Program-made: the position numbers and the translations under genes
Part shown: piece by piece, positions 43,473 through 56,977 of the stretch
Position numbering within the stretch: the stretch's first letter is position 1
Layout of the letters: the number at the start of each line of letters is the position of its first letter
NCBI GenBank assembly: GCA_041918855.1
Contig: JAYRUX010000014.1
Location: 778-64,777 of the forward strand
Reading direction: 5' to 3'
Origin: Luteimonas sp.
GTDB lineage: Bacteria > Pseudomonadota > Gammaproteobacteria > Xanthomonadales > Xanthomonadaceae
Length of the DNA: 64,000 nucleotides
The notes under the pieces: model-generated
Database searches by the model: none
What the model was told of the DNA's origin: nothing
Seen by the model: only the letters and a program-made list of their open reading frames with translations

Positions 43473-46400
43473 TCAGCCGACCGCCACGCGCGCGTTGCGG
43501 AACATGCGCAGCCACGGGGAATCCTCGCCCCAGGCGTCCGGTGCCCAGCTGAAGTTGTCGCGCCGGAGCGTGCGCTCCGGGTGCGGCATCAGCAGGGTCA
43601 CGCGGCCGTCGTCGCTGCAGAGGCCGGCGACGGCGTGGTCGGAGCCGTTCGGGTTGGCCGGGAACGCCGCGGCCGGGGCCCCATCGGGCGCCACGTAACG
43701 CAACGCAACCCGTGCCGACGTCGGGTCCCCGGCGTCGTCGAAGCAGGCCCGGCCCTCGCCGTGCGCGACCACGGCCGGGATGCGTGATCCCGCCATGCCG
43801 GCCAAGAACAGCGACGGCGATTCCAGCACCTCCAGCATGCCCAGGCGGGCCTCGTACTGCTCGCTGCGGTTGCGCAGGAAGCGCGGCCAGTGCGTGGCAC
43901 CGGGCACGATGTCCTTGAGCTGCGACAGCATCTGGCAGCCGTTGCACACGCCCAGGGCGAAGGTACCGTCGCGGTCGAAGAAGGCCGCGAACTGTTCGCG
44001 CAGCGCCGGGCGCTCGAGGATCGAGGTCGCCCAGCCACGGCCGGCACCGAGCACGTCGCCGTAGCTGAAGCCGCCGCAGGCGGCGAATCCGTCGAAACCA
44101 TCGAGGCGCAGCCGGCCCGCGACCAGGTCGCTCATGTGCACGTCGACCGCCTCGAACCCCGCGCGGTGGAAGCCCCAGGCCATCTCCACCTGGCCGTTGA
44201 CGCCCTGCTCGCGGAGGATGGCCACGCGCGGCCGCGCGCCGGTGGCGACGTACGGAGCGGCGATGTCCTCCGACGGGTCGAACGCCAGCACCGGCTGCAG
44301 CGGAGCCGCGTCGAAGCGGCTCACAGCGGCGCGCTCGGCGTCGGCGCTCTCCGGGTTGTCGCGCAGGCGCTGCATGGCGTGGCTCACCGACCACCAGGCC
44401 TCGAACAGCTCATGCCAGCGCCATTCGGCCAGGACCTCGTCGCGGCCCAGCACGCGCACGGCGGCGGCGGAGGTCGGGCGCGCGATGCGCTGCGCGCACT
44501 CGACCAGGCCATGGCGCGCGACCAGGTCCGCGAATTCCACGCGGTCGGCGGCGTCGATCTGCACGATGGCGCCGAGTTCTTCGTTGAACAGGGTGCGGAA
44601 GACGTCCTCGGCGCGGTCGTCGCCCCAGCCGTCGAGGTCGATGTCCAGGCCCAGGTGGGAGCAGAAGGCCATCTCGCACAGCGCGGCGAACGCGCCACCG
44701 TCGGAACGGTCGTGGTAGGCGCGCAGGAGGCCTGCCGCGCGCGCGTCCCGCACCAGCTCGAAGAAGCCGCGCAACCGCTCCGGGTCGTCCAGATCCGGGC
44801 AGGCGCCACCGAAGGCCCCGTGGCACTGGCCGAGGATCGACCCGCCCAGCCGCTGCCGGCCGCCGCCCAGGCCGATGAGCCAGAGCTCGGTGTCCGGCTC
44901 CCGCGACAGCAGCGGCGTCAGTTGCGCGCGCACGTCGGACACCGGTGCGAACGCGCTGACCACCAGCGACACCGGCGACACCGAACGCTGCGGGCCATCC
45001 TCGCCCTGCCACTGCGCCTGCATCGACAGCGAGTCCTTGCCGACCGGGATCGACAGCTCGAGCTCCGGGCACAGCTCCATGCCCACCGCGCGCACCGCGT
45101 CGTAGAGTTTCGCGTCCTCGCCGGGATGGCCTGCGGCCGCCATCCAGTTGGCCGACAGCTTCACCTGGCGCAGGTCCTCCACCGGCGCCGCGCACAGGTT
45201 GGTGATGGCCTCGCCGACCGCCATGCGCGCGGCGGCGGCCGAGTCCAGCAGCGCCAGCGGCGTGCGCTCGCCGATCGCCATCGCCTCGCCGGCGTGGCCT
45301 TCGAAGCCCGCGAGCGTGATCGCACAGTCGGCCACCGGCAGCTGCCATGGCCCGACCATCTGGTCGCGCGCGCTCAGGCCGCCGACGGTGCGGTCGCCGA
45401 TCGTGACCAGGAAGTTCTTGGAGGCGACCGTCGGATGCGCCAGCACGCGCAGGCCGGCGTCGTGCAGGTCGACCGCCGCGCCGTCGAAAAGCGGCCAGCG
45501 CGACGCCTGCTCGCGGTTGGCATCGCGATGCAGCTTCGGCGCCTTGCCGAACAGCACGTCCATGGGCAGGTCGATGGGCCAGGGCGATGCCGGCGCGCCC
45601 GCTGCCACCGCGTCGGGCGTCGCGCCATGCCCCACCACCAACCGCTCCTCGGCGGTGGCGATACCGACCACCGCGAACGGGCAGCGTTCGCGCTCGCAGA
45701 GGGCGGCGAACTCCGCCACCCGCGCCTGCGCGATGCCGAGCACGTAACGCTCCTGCGATTCGTTGCACCACAGCTGCATCGGCGACAGCGACGGGTCGTC
45801 GCTGGGCACGCGGTCGAGGTCGATGATCCCGCCGACGCCGGAGTCGTGGAGCAGCTCCGGGATCGCGTTCGACAGACCGCCGGCGCCGACGTCGTGGCAC
45901 CACAGGATCGGGTTGCCATCCGCGAGCGCGACACAGCCGTCGATCACCTCCTGGCAGCGGCGCTCCATCTCCGGGTTGTCGCGCTGCACGCTGGCGAAGT
46001 CGAGTTCCGCCGCGCTCTCGCCCGATGCGACCGAGCTGGCGGCACCGCCGCCGAGGCCGATCAGCATCGCCGGGCCACCCAGCACCACCACCGCGTCGCC
46101 CGCGGACAGGGTCTTCTTCTCGACCATGCCGCGGTCGATCGCGCCGAGGCCACCGGCGAGCATGATCGGCTTGTCGTAGGCGCGCACGAGCGCCGGGCCG
46201 CCGGCGATCCCCGGCTCCTCGATTTCGAAGGCGCGGAAGTAGCCGGTGAGGTTGGGCCGGCCGAACTCGTTGTTGAACGCCGCCGCGCCGAGCGGCCCGT
46301 CGAGCATGATCTCCAGCGCCGGCGCCATGCGCGGGTTCAGCGCGCGCGGGCGCTCCCAGGGCTGGGGCAGGCCCGGGATGCGCAGGTCGGACACGCTGAA

Positions 46401-47381
46401 GCCGACCAGGCCGGCCTTGGGGCGGCCGCCGCGGCCCGTGGCGCCCTCGTCGCGGATCTCGCCGCCGGCGCCGGTGCTGGCGCCGGCGAACGGCGAGATC
46501 GCCGTGGGGTGGTTGTGGGTCTCGACCTTGATGCAGAACGCGCTGTCGACCTCGTCCTCGGCACGCCAGGTGCGGCTGCCGGGGTCGGGCCGGAAGCGGC
46601 GCGACGGCCGTCCCTCCACCACCGCGGCGTTGTCGCTGTACGCCGACAGCGTGTGCGCGGGCGTGGTGGCATGGGTATGGCGGATCATCGCGAACAGCGA
46701 GCGCGGCTGCGATTCGCCGTCGACGCTCCAGCTGGCGTTGAAGATCTTGTGCCGGCAGTGCTCGGAATTGGCCTGCGCGAACATCATCAGCTCGACGTCC
46801 GACGGGTCGCGGCCGAGCGCGCCGAAGCGCGTGCGCAGGTAGTCGATCTCGTCCGGGGCGAGGGCGAGCCCCAGGCGCGCGTTCGCCGACTCGAGCGCGT
46901 CGACGGGCACGCGCTCCAGCACGACCCGGGCGGGCACGTCGAACAGCGCCCGGGCCTCGGCGTGCGAGGCCAGCAACGACTGGGTCATGGGATCGTGCAG
47001 GAGGCCCGCGAGCGCGGCCTGTGTCGCCGGATCCGCCGGCCAGCCGGCCAGGTCCAGGCGCAGCCCGCGCTCCACCCGGTGCACCGGCAGGGCGGCGCCG
47101 TGGAGCAGTTCGGTCGCCTTGCTCGCCCATGGCGAGATCGTCCCCAGGCGCGGCGACACGTAGCGCGTGGCCGTACCTTCCGCCGCCGGACTGGCGTCGT
47201 CGCCTGCCTGGAGGATGCGATGCAGCGCCGCGCGGTCGGGCGTGGCACCGGGCGTCGGATCGACCCAGTAGACGTGCCACGCCCCGGCGATGCGCAGGGC
47301 GGGCGTAACGGTGCGGAGGCGGCGTTCGAGCCGTTCGCGACGGAACGGCGACAGGGCCGGCAGGCCCTCGAGGACGATCAT
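43473..47381 (-). CDS. purL: Phosphoribosylformylglycinamidine synthase (large type)
   Basis: [37 protein letters not shown]; MIVLEG start. Confidence 0.97.
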   Translation of the reverse strand: MIVLEGLPALSPFRRERLERRLRTVTPALRIAGAWHVYWVDPTPGATPDRAALHRILQAGDDASPAAEGTATRYVSPRLGTISPWASKATELLHGAALPVHRVERGLRLDLAGWPADPATQAALAGLLHDPMTQSLLASHAEARALFDVPARVVLERVPVDALESANARLGLALAPDEIDYLRTRFGALGRDPSDVELMMFAQANSEHCRHKIFNASWSVDGESQPRSLFAMIRHTHATTPAHTLSAYSDNAAVVEGRPSRRFRPDPGSRTWRAEDEVDSAFCIKVETHNHPTAISPFAGASTGAGGEIRDEGATGRGGRPKAGLVGFSVSDLRIPGLPQPWERPRALNPRMAPALEIMLDGPLGAAAFNNEFGRPNLTGYFRAFEIEEPGIAGGPALVRAYDKPIMLAGGLGAIDRGMVEKKTLSAGDAVVVLGGPAMLIGLGGGAASSVASGESAAELDFASVQRDNPEMERRCQEVIDGCVALADGNPILWCHDVGAGGLSNAIPELLHDSGVGGIIDLDRVPSDDPSLSPMQLWCNESQERYVLGIAQARVAEFAALCERERCPFAVVGIATAEERLVVGHGATPDAVAAGAPASPWPIDLPMDVLFGKAPKLHRDANREQASRWPLFDGAAVDLHDAGLRVLAHPTVASKNFLVTIGDRTVGGLSARDQMVGPWQLPVADCAITLAGFEGHAGEAMAIGERTPLALLDSAAAARMAVGEAITNLCAAPVEDLRQVKLSANWMAAAGHPGEDAKLYDAVRAVGMELCPELELSIPVGKDSLSMQAQWQGEDGPQRSVSPVSLVVSAFAPVSDVRAQLTPLLSREPDTELWLIGLGGGRQRLGGSILGQCHGAFGGACPDLDDPERLRGFFELVRDARAAGLLRAYHDRSDGGAFAALCEMAFCSHLGLDIDLDGWGDDRAEDVFRTLFNEELGAIVQIDAADRVEFADLVARHGLVECAQRIARPTSAAAVRVLGRDEVLAEWRWHELFEAWWSVSHAMQRLRDNPESADAERAAVSRFDAAPLQPVLAFDPSEDIAAPYVATGARPRVAILREQGVNGQVEMAWGFHRAGFEAVDVHMSDLVAGRLRLDGFDGFAACGGFSYGDVLGAGRGWATSILERPALREQFAAFFDRDGTFALGVCNGCQMLSQLKDIVPGATHWPRFLRNRSEQYEARLGMLEVLESPSLFLAGMAGSRIPAVVAHGEGRACFDDAGDPTSARVALRYVAPDGAPAAAFPANPNGSDHAVAGLCSDDGRVTLLMPHPERTLRRDNFSWAPDAWGEDSPWLRMFRNARVAVG

Positions 47382-47448
47382 GTCCGGGGTTGACCGTGGA
47401 ACGGGCCCGCCATTGTAGCGAAGCCGGCGCGGGCGGGCCCTGCCGGGG

Positions 47449-48273
47449 TCAGCGCGCCCCGGCCGCTGCCGCGGCACCTGCCGGGGCGCGCTCGGCCGCC
47501 AGCGTGTCCAGCGCCGCGCGCAGGGCACTGGGCGGCATGTAGCCGGGCATCTGGATGCCCTCGGCGGTGATGATCATCGGCGTGCCGGTCAGGCCGGCGC
47601 GCTGGCCGATGTCGTAGTGCATCGACACCGGGTTGGTGCAGGCCTTCGTCGGCACCGGGCGACCGGACTTGGCCGCGGTCAGCGCCGCGCGGCGGTCGGC
47701 CGCGCACCACACCGACACCATCTTCTCGTGATCCGGGCTCCCGGGGCCCATGCGCGGGAACGCCAGGTACTCGATCGCGATCCCCAGGCGGTTGTACTCG
47801 GCGATGTCCTCGTGGAGCTTGCGGCAGTAGCCGCACTCGACGTCGGTGAACACGCTCACGGTGTACTCGGGGTCCGCCGGCGCGAACACGATGCGGTCCT
47901 TCTTCGGCACCGTCGCCAGCAGTTCGCGGCGCACCTCGGCCAGGCCCGCCTGGCTCAGGTCCTTCTTCCGGACCACGTCGAACAGCGCGCCCTGCAGCAG
48001 GTAGCGGCCGTCGTCGCTGACGTAGATGACCTGGCCGCCGACCACGACCTCGCGGAACCCGGGCAGCGGTGCCTCGACGATGCGATCCACCTGGACCTGT
48101 GCGTTCAGCGACCGGATCGCCGCCAGCGCGCGCTCTTCGGGCGTCCCGGGCGCCACGGCCGGGGCCTCCCCCGCCGGCGGGACGGCGGCCTGGTCCGAGG
48201 CAGGTGCCGTCGGCTGGGCACAGGCGGACAGGCTGGTGAGGCAGAGCAGCATCGGCAACAGGCAGGACTTCAT
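47449..48273 (-). CDS. dsbC: Thiol:disulfide isomerase DsbC
   Basis: [19 protein letters not shown]; signal/lipobox LSAC; follows xerD. Confidence 0.92.
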   Translation of the reverse strand: MKSCLLPMLLCLTSLSACAQPTAPASDQAAVPPAGEAPAVAPGTPEERALAAIRSLNAQVQVDRIVEAPLPGFREVVVGGQVIYVSDDGRYLLQGALFDVVRKKDLSQAGLAEVRRELLATVPKKDRIVFAPADPEYTVSVFTDVECGYCRKLHEDIAEYNRLGIAIEYLAFPRMGPGSPDHEKMVSVWCAADRRAALTAAKSGRPVPTKACTNPVSMHYDIGQRAGLTGTPMIITAEGIQMPGYMPPSALRAALDTLAAERAPAGAAAAAGAR

Positions 48274-48385
48274 CCGGATCCTCTGGAGGGCAGGCGCGGG
48301 GGCGCGGCAGCCGGGGGGCATGTGCGGATTCTCGCATGCCACGCGTGGCCGCCCGGGCACCCTCGCCGACGCCGCGGCGACTGGT

Positions 48386-49339
48386 TCAGGCGCGGGGATG
48401 ATGCGCGGCATGCAGCCGCTTGAGTTGCTCGCGCGCCACGAGGGTGTAGATCTGGGTGGTGGACAGCGAGCTGTGGCCGAGCAGCATCTGCAGGGCACGC
48501 AGGTCGGCGCCGTGGTTGAGCAGATGGGTGGCGAAACTGTGGCGCAGGCCATGGGGGCTCACCCGCGCCGGGGGGATGCCGGCGGCGGCCGCGTGCCGCT
48601 TGACCAGCCGCCAGAACGCCTGCCGGCTCAGCGGCTCCCCGCCTGGCGCGAGGAAGAGCGGCGCGACGGCGCGTCGCCCCGCGAGCTGCGGGCGCGCACT
48701 GGCGAGGTAGGACTCGAGCCAGTGCCGCGCCTCGTCGCCCAGCGGCACCAGCCGCTCCCGTCCGCCCTTGCCGGTCACCCGCAGCACGCCCTGGCGCAGG
48801 TTGACCGCCGTGGCCACGAGGCCCACGAGTTCGCTCACGCGCAGCCCGCAGGCGTACATGAGCTCCAGCATCGCGCGGTCGCGCAGGCCCTCGGTGGCGG
48901 CGGTGTCCGGCGCCGCGAGCAGGGCCTCGATCTCGCGCTCGGACAGTGCCTTGGGCAGCAGCCTCGGCAGGCTGGGTGGGTCGAGGAGCGCCGTCGGGTC
49001 GTCGTCGCGCACGCCGCGGCGCACCAGGTGGGCGTGGAAGGCGCGCAGCGCCGACAGCAGGCGCGCGTTGCTGCGTGCCGAATAGCCTTCGCGCGTGCGC
49101 CACGCCAGGTAGTCGAAGAGGCCGGCGCGGTCGGCATGGACCAGGCCGCCGTCGCGCCCGTCGCGCCAGCGCGCCAGGCCCTCGAGGTCGCGCCGGTAGC
49201 CGTCCAGCGTCTGCCGCGCGACGCCGGCTTCCGCCCACCAGGCGTCAAGGAAGGCATCGATGGCGGCGCGGTCGGCCTCGGCCAGCGGCGGCATGCCCAT
49301 GGCGCGGATGCGGCGTTCGGCAGGGCTCGTGGATGGCAT
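48386..49339 (-). CDS. xerD: Site-specific tyrosine recombinase XerD
   Basis: [46 protein letters not shown]; xerD-dsbC synteny. Start may lie slightly downstream. Confidence 0.94.
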   Translation of the reverse strand: MPSTSPAERRIRAMGMPPLAEADRAAIDAFLDAWWAEAGVARQTLDGYRRDLEGLARWRDGRDGGLVHADRAGLFDYLAWRTREGYSARSNARLLSALRAFHAHLVRRGVRDDDPTALLDPPSLPRLLPKALSEREIEALLAAPDTAATEGLRDRAMLELMYACGLRVSELVGLVATAVNLRQGVLRVTGKGGRERLVPLGDEARHWLESYLASARPQLAGRRAVAPLFLAPGGEPLSRQAFWRLVKRHAAAAGIPPARVSPHGLRHSFATHLLNHGADLRALQMLLGHSSLSTTQIYTLVAREQLKRLHAAHHPRA

Positions 49340-49384
49340 CGGGGCAGCTTAGCGACGCGCCGCGGCCGCGACTATGCTCTGCCG

Positions 49385-49858
49385 ATGCCAGAGGACACTC
49401 CCGCCCCGCCCAGCCCCCATCGCGCCCTCGTCGGCTGGCGCATGCTGGCGCTGTTCTACGACCTGTGGCCGGCGCTGGCGCTGTGCTTCGCGCTCGGTTT
49501 CGCATTCGCGCTTGCGCACATGGCGGCCGGGCACGCGCCGCGGGAGAACATCGAGCCGTTCAGTGCGCTGCAGTGGCTGCTCTGGCTGGCCTGCTGGCTG
49601 GCTGCCGGCCTCTATGCCACCGCCAGCTGGCGACGCGGCGGCCAGACGCTGGGCATGCGTCCCTGGCGGCTGCGGCTGGTGGCCGCGGATGGCGGCGCGG
49701 TGAGCGCACGCGCGGCCTGGCTGCGCTACGCGGTGGGCACGCTGTCCCTGCTGGCCGCCGGCGCCGGGTTCTGGTGGGCGTGGATCGACGCCGGGCGCCT
49801 GTCCTGGCACGACCGCGCCAGCGGCACCCGCCTGGTGCGCGAGCCGAAGCGGGCGTGA
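49385..49858 (+). CDS. RDD family membrane protein
   Basis: R..ALFYD, GQTLGMRPWRL, WHDRASGT. Confidence 0.88.
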   Translation: MPEDTPAPPSPHRALVGWRMLALFYDLWPALALCFALGFAFALAHMAAGHAPRENIEPFSALQWLLWLACWLAAGLYATASWRRGGQTLGMRPWRLRLVAADGGAVSARAAWLRYAVGTLSLLAAGAGFWWAWIDAGRLSWHDRASGTRLVREPKRA

Positions 49859-49874
49859 GCGCCCGGTCCCGCCG

Positions 49875-50984
49875 TCAGCCGCTGCGGCGGCGGAACAGCA
49901 ACCAGGACACGGTGAGCATCAGCGCCGGCGGCACCAGGTAGGCGAGGCGGTAGTCGAACCTGTACACCGCCGCGAGCTTCACCACCTGGGTCTGCAGCAG
50001 CCAGAACCCCAGTGCGAACACGATGCCGACGAACAGCCGTCGCCCGAGGCCGCCGCTGCGCAGCGAGCCGAACGCGAACGGGATCGCCGCCAGGCACAGC
50101 GCGAGCACGTTCACCGGGTAGAACCAGCGCCCCCAGAAGTGCTCCTCGAATTCGCTGGCGTCCAGGCCATTGCGGCGCCGGTACTGGATCCCCTCCTGGA
50201 GCTCCGCCGCGGACATGTAGCGCGGGCGCCAGACATTGCTCGCGTTGGCGGCGAGCGCCGCGGCGTCGAGCTGCGACTGCCAGCGCTCCTCCAGCACCTC
50301 GGTCTGCGTGACCGAGCGCGCCTCGAAGTAGCTGCGACGCACGTCGCGCAGCAGCCAGCCGCTCTCGCGATGCTCGGCGATGCCGACGTGCGCGATCGAT
50401 TCCAGGCGTCCGGCGTCGTCGAACTCGAACAGGCGCACGTCGTCCAGCTCCAGCCACGCCTCGCCGCCCTCGCTGCGCTCGCGGCCGTTGCGGGCGTTGA
50501 GGAAGGTGTTGCCCTCGCGCGCCCACAGCCCCGAATAGCGGGCCACGATCATGTCGTTGGAGCGCGCCGCGGCCTTCATGCCGTCGGCGGCCTTCTGCGC
50601 CACCGGACCCAGCGTCTCGCCGTTGGCCATCATCGCCAGCGTCAGCAGCGCAAGCGGCGCCGCGACCGACAGCGCCAGCCGTCGCCGCGACAACCCCAGC
50701 GCGCGCAGCGCGGTCAGTTCCGAGCTCGCCGCAAGCTGCCCCAGGCCCATCAGCGAACCGATCACCGCGGCAGTCGGGAACATCGTGTAGGCGCGGCGCG
50801 GCAGGGTGTAGACGATGTAGTTGACGACGTTGAAGAAGCCGTAGCTGCCCTCGCCGATGTCGCCGATCTCGTCGACGCCGGCCAGCACCGCGTCGAGGCC
50901 CACCAGCACCATCCAGGTGAGCAGCACCGTGCCGGTGACCACGCGCGCCGCGTACAGGTCGTGGATCTTCGGGAACGGCATCAT
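49875..50984 (-). CDS. lptG: LPS export permease LptG
   Basis: LAASSELTALRALG, periplasmic jellyroll, three C-terminal TMs. Confidence 0.93.
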   Translation of the reverse strand: MMPFPKIHDLYAARVVTGTVLLTWMVLVGLDAVLAGVDEIGDIGEGSYGFFNVVNYIVYTLPRRAYTMFPTAAVIGSLMGLGQLAASSELTALRALGLSRRRLALSVAAPLALLTLAMMANGETLGPVAQKAADGMKAAARSNDMIVARYSGLWAREGNTFLNARNGRERSEGGEAWLELDDVRLFEFDDAGRLESIAHVGIAEHRESGWLLRDVRRSYFEARSVTQTEVLEERWQSQLDAAALAANASNVWRPRYMSAAELQEGIQYRRRNGLDASEFEEHFWGRWFYPVNVLALCLAAIPFAFGSLRSGGLGRRLFVGIVFALGFWLLQTQVVKLAAVYRFDYRLAYLVPPALMLTVSWLLFRRRSG

Positions 50985-52075
50985 CCCGTCGCCCTCGCCT
51001 TGCGCAGCCGCGGCGCCGCAACCCGGCCGTCGTCGAAATACATCCAGGCACCCACCGCCAGTACCGGCAGCACCAGCCACCACAGGCCCAGGACCTGCGG
51101 GATCTTGCCGTCGGCCAGCCATTCGGTGCCGAGCAGCATCAGGTTAGTGCCGACGACGTAGGCCAGGAACCCCAGCACGATGCGGCCGTAGCGCGCCTGC
51201 CTCGGCGGGCTTCGCGCCAGCGGCACGGCCAGGAGCGCGAACGCCAGCGCCAGCAACGGCGGCGCGAACCGGGCATGCAGCTCCGCGTTGGCCTCGGGCC
51301 GGGGATCACCGAACAGCGCCAGCGTGGTCGCGAGCTCGGGATCGTCCTCGCGCGCCCGTTCGACGCCGTCGGGCAGGCGCAGCTCGTTGCTGTCGTAGCG
51401 CATCAGGCGGAAGTCCAGCCCTTCCTCGAGCGGCCCTTCGACCCGGAAGCCTTCGTCGAGGGTCAGGTAGCGCTCCGTCCCCTCCACCCTGAGCGCGCCG
51501 CCCCGGGCGGTGGTGACGTCCAGGCGCTCCTCGTCCTGCTGGTACACGAACACCCGACCCAGCCGGGTGCCGTCGTTCGACATCGCACCGACATAGACCA
51601 CCCCGCCACCGCCCGGCAGCTCCACGAAGCGCCCGGCCTCGAGGCCCGCCACCAGCAGGCTGCGGTTGCCCTCGTCGATCATCCGCTGCGAGAAGTCGCG
51701 CGCCCAGGGGCCCAGCCACAGGGAGCACAGCGCGATCACCCCGACCACGGGCACCACGATCATCATCAGCGGCCGCAGCAGGCGCCGCGGGCCGACGCCG
51801 GTGGCGATCAGCACCGGCATCTCGGAGTCGCGGTACAGCCGCCCCACCGCCAGCAACAGGCCCAGCATCAGCCCCAGCGGCAGGATCAACGGCAGGTAGT
51901 TCAGCACCTGCAGGCCCAGCTGCGACAGCATCATCCCCGCCGGCACCCGGCCGCGGGCGATGTCGCCCAGCACGTCGGCGAACACGCCGCCCAGGCTCAC
52001 GATCATCAGGATCACCAGCGCGGCGAACGTCGACTGGGCGAATTCCCCGAACAGGTAACGGTCGAGCTTCGGCAT
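50981..52075 (-). CDS. lptF: LPS export permease LptF
   Basis: MPKLDRYL start; RLYRDSEMPVL; PRQARYGR. Confidence 0.93.
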   Translation of the reverse strand: MPKLDRYLFGEFAQSTFAALVILMIVSLGGVFADVLGDIARGRVPAGMMLSQLGLQVLNYLPLILPLGLMLGLLLAVGRLYRDSEMPVLIATGVGPRRLLRPLMMIVVPVVGVIALCSLWLGPWARDFSQRMIDEGNRSLLVAGLEAGRFVELPGGGGVVYVGAMSNDGTRLGRVFVYQQDEERLDVTTARGGALRVEGTERYLTLDEGFRVEGPLEEGLDFRLMRYDSNELRLPDGVERAREDDPELATTLALFGDPRPEANAELHARFAPPLLALAFALLAVPLARSPPRQARYGRIVLGFLAYVVGTNLMLLGTEWLADGKIPQVLGLWWLVLPVLAVGAWMYFDDGRVAAPRLRKARATG

Positions 52076-52214
52076 CCGGCGGCCTTGCATTAGAATCGGG
52101 GGTCCTTCCATTCCTGCATCGGCCGCGCAGGCGCCGCGCGTGCGACGCCCCGTGGCGTGCGTGCCGCGCATTGTGGATCGCCGATTGTAAGGAACACTTC
52201 ACGGAATCTGTTTG

Positions 52215-53699
52215 ATGACCCTCGAATTCGCCCTGAACCAGGCTTCCCCCGCCACCGCCACCGTCGACTGCGTCGTGGTAGGCGCCTTCGCCGACCGCAC
52301 GCTGCCGCCCCCGGCACAGGCGCTCGACGAGGCCAGCGGCGGCCGGCTGGCCGCGTTGCTGGCCCGGGGCGACATCGATGGCGCCACCGGCAAGACCACC
52401 TTCCTGTCCGATGTCGCCGGCGTGGCCGCGCCGCGGGTGCTGGTGGTGGGCCTGGGCGAGCGCGCCAAGTTCGGGGTGCCGCAGTACCTCAAGGCCGTGG
52501 GCGACGCCGCGCGTGCGCTGCGCACCGGCCCCAGCCGCTCGGCGCTGCTGACCCTGCCGGAGATCGAGGTCGCCGGCCGCGACGCGGCCTGGACCCTGCG
52601 CCAGGCGGTGGTCGCGGCCAGCCACGCCCTCTACCGCTACACCGCGACCCTGGGCGAGAAGAACAAGAAGCGCAACGAAAAGGGCGTGGAGACGCTGTCT
52701 TTCTCCGGCGGCGACGCCACCGCGCTCGCCCAGGGGAAGGCCATCGCCGCCGGCGTCGCCTTCGCCCGCGAGCTCGGCCACCTGCCGCCGAACATCTGCA
52801 ACCCGGCCTACCTCGCCGAGCAGGCGGTGGCGTTCACGTCCCGGTTCGACCGCGCCGAGGTCGAGATCCTCGAGCGCGAGGACATGGAGGCACTGGGCAT
52901 GGGCTCGCTGCTGGCGGTCGCCCGCGGCTCGGCCAACGCCCCCAAGCTGGTGGTCATGAAGTGGAACAACGGCGGCGACGCGCGGCCGTACGTGCTGGTG
53001 GGCAAGGGCATCACCTTCGACACCGGCGGCGTCAACCTGAAGACCCAGGGCGGCATCGAGGAGATGAAGTACGACATGTGCGGCGCCGCCGGCGTCATGG
53101 GCACCTTCGTCGCCGCCGTGGGCCTGGAGCTTCCGATCAACCTGGTGGTGGTGGTGCCCGCGGTGGAGAACGCCATCGACGGCAACGCGTATCGTCCGTC
53201 CGACGTCATCACCTCGATGTCGGGCAAGACCATCGAGGTCGGCAACACCGACGCCGAAGGCCGCCTGATCCTGTGCGACGCGCTCACCTACGCGCAGAAG
53301 TTCTCGCCGCAGGCGCTGGTCGACGTCGCCACGCTCACCGGTGCCTGCATGGTGGCGCTGGGACGCTTCGCAAGCGGCCTGATGAGCAAGCACGACGACC
53401 TGTCCGAGGAACTGCTGGCGGCCGGTGAGCAGACCTTCGACCGCGCCTGGCGCCTGCCGCTGTGGGACGAGTACCAGGGGATGATCGATTCCAGTTTCGC
53501 CGACGTTTACAACATCGGTGGCCGCTGGGCCGGCGCCATCACCGCGGGCTGCTTCCTGTCGCGCTTCACCGAAGGCCAGCGCTGGGCGCACATCGACATC
53601 GCGGGCTCCGCCAGCGGCGACGGCAAGAACGGCCTCGCCACCGGGCGTCCGGTCGGCCTGCTGTCGCAGTGGCTGATGGACCAGGCCGCACGGGCCTGA
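52215..53699 (+). CDS. pepA: Leucyl aminopeptidase
   Basis: [35 protein letters not shown]. Confidence 0.96.
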   Translation: MTLEFALNQASPATATVDCVVVGAFADRTLPPPAQALDEASGGRLAALLARGDIDGATGKTTFLSDVAGVAAPRVLVVGLGERAKFGVPQYLKAVGDAARALRTGPSRSALLTLPEIEVAGRDAAWTLRQAVVAASHALYRYTATLGEKNKKRNEKGVETLSFSGGDATALAQGKAIAAGVAFARELGHLPPNICNPAYLAEQAVAFTSRFDRAEVEILEREDMEALGMGSLLAVARGSANAPKLVVMKWNNGGDARPYVLVGKGITFDTGGVNLKTQGGIEEMKYDMCGAAGVMGTFVAAVGLELPINLVVVVPAVENAIDGNAYRPSDVITSMSGKTIEVGNTDAEGRLILCDALTYAQKFSPQALVDVATLTGACMVALGRFASGLMSKHDDLSEELLAAGEQTFDRAWRLPLWDEYQGMIDSSFADVYNIGGRWAGAITAGCFLSRFTEGQRWAHIDIAGSASGDGKNGLATGRPVGLLSQWLMDQAARA

Positions 53700-53709
53700 C
53701 AGCCGCACG

Positions 53710-54132
53710 ATGCCGCGCGCCGACTTCTATCTGATCGCGAAGGACCGCTTCAGGGCCGAGCCGCTGCGCCTGGTCTGCGAGCTGGTGCGCAAGGCGCACG
53801 ACGCGGGGCTGTGGACGCTGGTGCTGGCGCGCGACGCCGCGCAGGCCGAGGCGCTGGACGACATGCTGTGGGACATGGGCGACGACGCCTACATCCCGCA
53901 CCAGCTCGCCGGCGACGACGAGGACGAGCTGACGCCGGTGCTCATCGCCACGCCGGACATGGACATCCCGCTGCGCCCGCTGGTGGTGAACCTGCGCGAC
54001 GCCGCGGTCGAGGGCGCGTTCGACCGCGTGCTCGAGGTCGTCCCCGACGACGAGGCGGCGCGCGCGCCGCTGCGCGAGCGCTGGAAGCAGTACAAGGCCC
54101 GCGGCCTGGCGCTCGCCAAGCACGACATGTAG
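53710..54132 (+). CDS. holC: DNA polymerase III chi subunit
   Basis: [28 protein letters not shown]; pepA-holC-valS synteny. Confidence 0.93.
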   Translation: MPRADFYLIAKDRFRAEPLRLVCELVRKAHDAGLWTLVLARDAAQAEALDDMLWDMGDDAYIPHQLAGDDEDELTPVLIATPDMDIPLRPLVVNLRDAAVEGAFDRVLEVVPDDEAARAPLRERWKQYKARGLALAKHDM

Positions 54133-54190
54133 GCGCGCACCGCGCCGGCACCCGACCGCCCCACCCCCACTGCAGGGCCCCGCACACGCC

Positions 54191-56977
54191 ATGACCAGCA
54201 CGCTCCCTTCCGGCTACGACCCCACCCAGTTCGAGTCGCGCCTGTACGCGCAGTGGGAGTCGGGCGGCATGTTCGCGCCCCGTGGCGAGGGCCCGGCGTA
54301 CACGATCCTGCTGCCGCCGCCGAACGTCACCGGCACCCTGCACATGGGCCACGCGTTCCAGCACACGCTGCAGGACGCGCTGGTGCGCTACCACCGCATG
54401 CTGGGTGACCGCACGCTGTGGCAGATGGGGACCGACCATGCCGGCATCGCCACCGAGATGGTGGTGTCGCGCAACCTCGCGCTCGAAGGCACGGGCGAAA
54501 CCCGCGACTCGCTGGGCCGCGATGGCTTCATCGACAAGGTCTGGGAGTGGAAGGGCCGCTCCGGCGACACCATCGAGCGCCAGATGCGCCGCCTGGGCAC
54601 CTCGGGCGACTGGTCGCGCACGGTGTTCACGATGGATGCGGCGCCGTCGGCGGCCGTCGTCGAGGCGTTCGTGCGCCTGCACGAGGCCGGACTCATCTAT
54701 CGCGGCCAGCGACTGGTCAACTGGGACCCGGTACTGAAGACCGCGATCTCCGACCTGGAGGTGGTGAACGAGGAGGAGGACGGCTTCCTGTGGTCGATCG
54801 CCTACCCGCTCACCGACGGCAGCGGCCAGCTGGTGGTCGCCACCACGCGCCCTGAAACCATGCTCGGTGACACCGCGGTGATGGTGCATCCGGACGACGA
54901 ACGCTACGCGCACCTGGTGGGCGGCACGGTGACGCTGCCCTTGACCGGGCGCGAGGTGCCGGTGATCGCCGACGCGCATGTCGACCGCGAGTTCGGCACC
55001 GGCGTGGTCAAGGTGACGCCCGCGCACGACTTCAACGACTACGCCGTGGGCCAGCGCCACGGCCTGCCGATGATCAACCTGTTCACGCCGGACGCGGCGC
55101 TCAACGACAACGCACCGGCGAAGTACCGCGGCCTCGACCGTTACGCGGCACGGACGGCGGTGCTGGAGGACCTCGACGCGCTCGGCCTGCTGGTGGAGAC
55201 GAAGCCGCACAAGCTCCAGGTGCCGCGCGGCGACCGCACCGGGCAGGCGATCGAGCCCTACCTCACCGACCAGTGGTTCGTGCGCATGGACGACCTGGCC
55301 GCGCGCGGGCTGGAGCGCTTCGAGGGCGGCGACGCCGGGATCCGCTTCGTGCCGCCGAACTGGATCAACACCTACCGCCACTGGATGCAGAACATCCAGG
55401 ACTGGTGCATCAGCCGCCAGCTCTGGTGGGGCCACCGGATCCCGGCGTGGTACGACGACGCCGGCACCGTCCACGTCGGCCGCGACGAGGCGGACGCGCG
55501 CGCCCGCGCCGGCCTCGGCGCCGATGTCCCGCTGCGCCAGGACCCGGACGTGCTGGAAACATGGTTCTCGTCGGGCATCTGGCCGATCAGCACCATGGGC
55601 TGGCCCGACCCGGAGGCGATGCGGACCCGCGGCTACGACGCCTTCATGCCGTCCAGCGTGCTGGTGACCGGCTTCGACATCATCTTCTTCTGGGTGGCGC
55701 GCATGGTCATGATGACCGACCGCCTCACCGGGCAGGTGCCGTTCCGCGACGTCTACATCACCGGCCTTGTCCGCGACAAGGACGGCCAGAAGATGTCCAA
55801 GTCCAAGGGCAACATCCTCGATCCGATCGACATCATCGACGGCATCGATCTGGAAGCCCTTGTCGCCAAGCGCACCACCGGGCTGATGAAGCCGAAGGAC
55901 GCCGCGCGCATCGAGAAGGCCACGCGCAAGGAGTTCCCGGAGGGCATCCCGGCCTTCGGCGCCGACGCCCTGCGCTTCACCATGGCCGCCCTCGCCGGTC
56001 CCGGGCGCGACATCAAGTTCGACCTCGGCCGGGCCGAGGGCTACAAGAACTTCTGCAACAAGCTGTGGAACGCCACCCGCTTCGTGTTGATGAACACCGA
56101 AGGCCAGGCGGCGCCCGCGGGCGGCGCTCCCGCGCCGGTGACCGATGCCGAACGCTGGATCCTCGCGCGCCTGGATGCGGTGAGTGCGCAGGCCGCCGGA
56201 CACTTCGACAGCTACCGCTTCGACCTGCTCGCACAGGCGCTGTACGAGTTCGCGTGGAACGATGTCTGCGACTGGTTCGTGGAGCTCGCCAAGCCGGCGC
56301 TCAACGGCGACGACGCCGATGCCGCCGCCAGCACCCGGCGTACCCTGCTGCACGTGCTCGAGGCGCTGCTGCGCCTGCTGCATCCGCTGGTGCCGTTCGT
56401 GACCGAGGAACTGTGGCAGCAGGTCGCCCCGCGCCTGGGCATCGAGGGCGGGTCGATCATGCTGCAGCCCTATCCGCGTGCGGGCGACGTCGACGTCGCC
56501 GGCTTCGGGCAGGCCGCGACCGACGTCGAGTGGCTGAAGCAGATGGTGTCGGCGGTGCGGCGCGTGCGCAGCGAACTGCAGGTCGCGCCGATGAAGACGG
56601 TGACGCTGCTGGTGCAGGGCGGCAGCGACGACGACCAGGCGCGGCTGCGGCGTTTCGACTCGCAGCTGCGATTCCTCAACCGGCTGGAGCGCATCGCCCC
56701 AATCGAGGGCGAGCCGCCGCCGGCGGCCGCGGCGCTGGTCGGCGAGCTCCGGCTGTTCGTGCCGCTCGCGGGCCTGGTCGACCTCGACGCCGAACGCGCG
56801 CGCCTGGACAAGGAACTGCGCCGTGTGGAGGGCGAACTGGCGAAGTCGCAGGGCAAGCTCGGCAACGCCACCTTCGTGCAGAACGCGCCCGAAGCGGTGG
56901 TGGCCCAGGAGCGCCAGCGCCTGCTCGACTGGACCGCGCAACGCGACGCGCTCGCCGCGCAGCGCGCCCGCCTGTAG
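54191..56977 (+). CDS. valS: Valine--tRNA ligase
   Basis: [33 protein letters not shown]. Confidence 0.98.
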   Translation: MTSTLPSGYDPTQFESRLYAQWESGGMFAPRGEGPAYTILLPPPNVTGTLHMGHAFQHTLQDALVRYHRMLGDRTLWQMGTDHAGIATEMVVSRNLALEGTGETRDSLGRDGFIDKVWEWKGRSGDTIERQMRRLGTSGDWSRTVFTMDAAPSAAVVEAFVRLHEAGLIYRGQRLVNWDPVLKTAISDLEVVNEEEDGFLWSIAYPLTDGSGQLVVATTRPETMLGDTAVMVHPDDERYAHLVGGTVTLPLTGREVPVIADAHVDREFGTGVVKVTPAHDFNDYAVGQRHGLPMINLFTPDAALNDNAPAKYRGLDRYAARTAVLEDLDALGLLVETKPHKLQVPRGDRTGQAIEPYLTDQWFVRMDDLAARGLERFEGGDAGIRFVPPNWINTYRHWMQNIQDWCISRQLWWGHRIPAWYDDAGTVHVGRDEADARARAGLGADVPLRQDPDVLETWFSSGIWPISTMGWPDPEAMRTRGYDAFMPSSVLVTGFDIIFFWVARMVMMTDRLTGQVPFRDVYITGLVRDKDGQKMSKSKGNILDPIDIIDGIDLEALVAKRTTGLMKPKDAARIEKATRKEFPEGIPAFGADALRFTMAALAGPGRDIKFDLGRAEGYKNFCNKLWNATRFVLMNTEGQAAPAGGAPAPVTDAERWILARLDAVSAQAAGHFDSYRFDLLAQALYEFAWNDVCDWFVELAKPALNGDDADAAASTRRTLLHVLEALLRLLHPLVPFVTEELWQQVAPRLGIEGGSIMLQPYPRAGDVDVAGFGQAATDVEWLKQMVSAVRRVRSELQVAPMKTVTLLVQGGSDDDQARLRRFDSQLRFLNRLERIAPIEGEPPPAAAALVGELRLFVPLAGLVDLDAERARLDKELRRVEGELAKSQGKLGNATFVQNAPEAVVAQERQRLLDWTAQRDALAAQRARL

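Noticed and set aside
48386-49339. Tyrosine recombinase as a sign of a mobile element
   Set aside because: It is housekeeping XerD in its conserved xerD-dsbC context, with no att sites or cargo.
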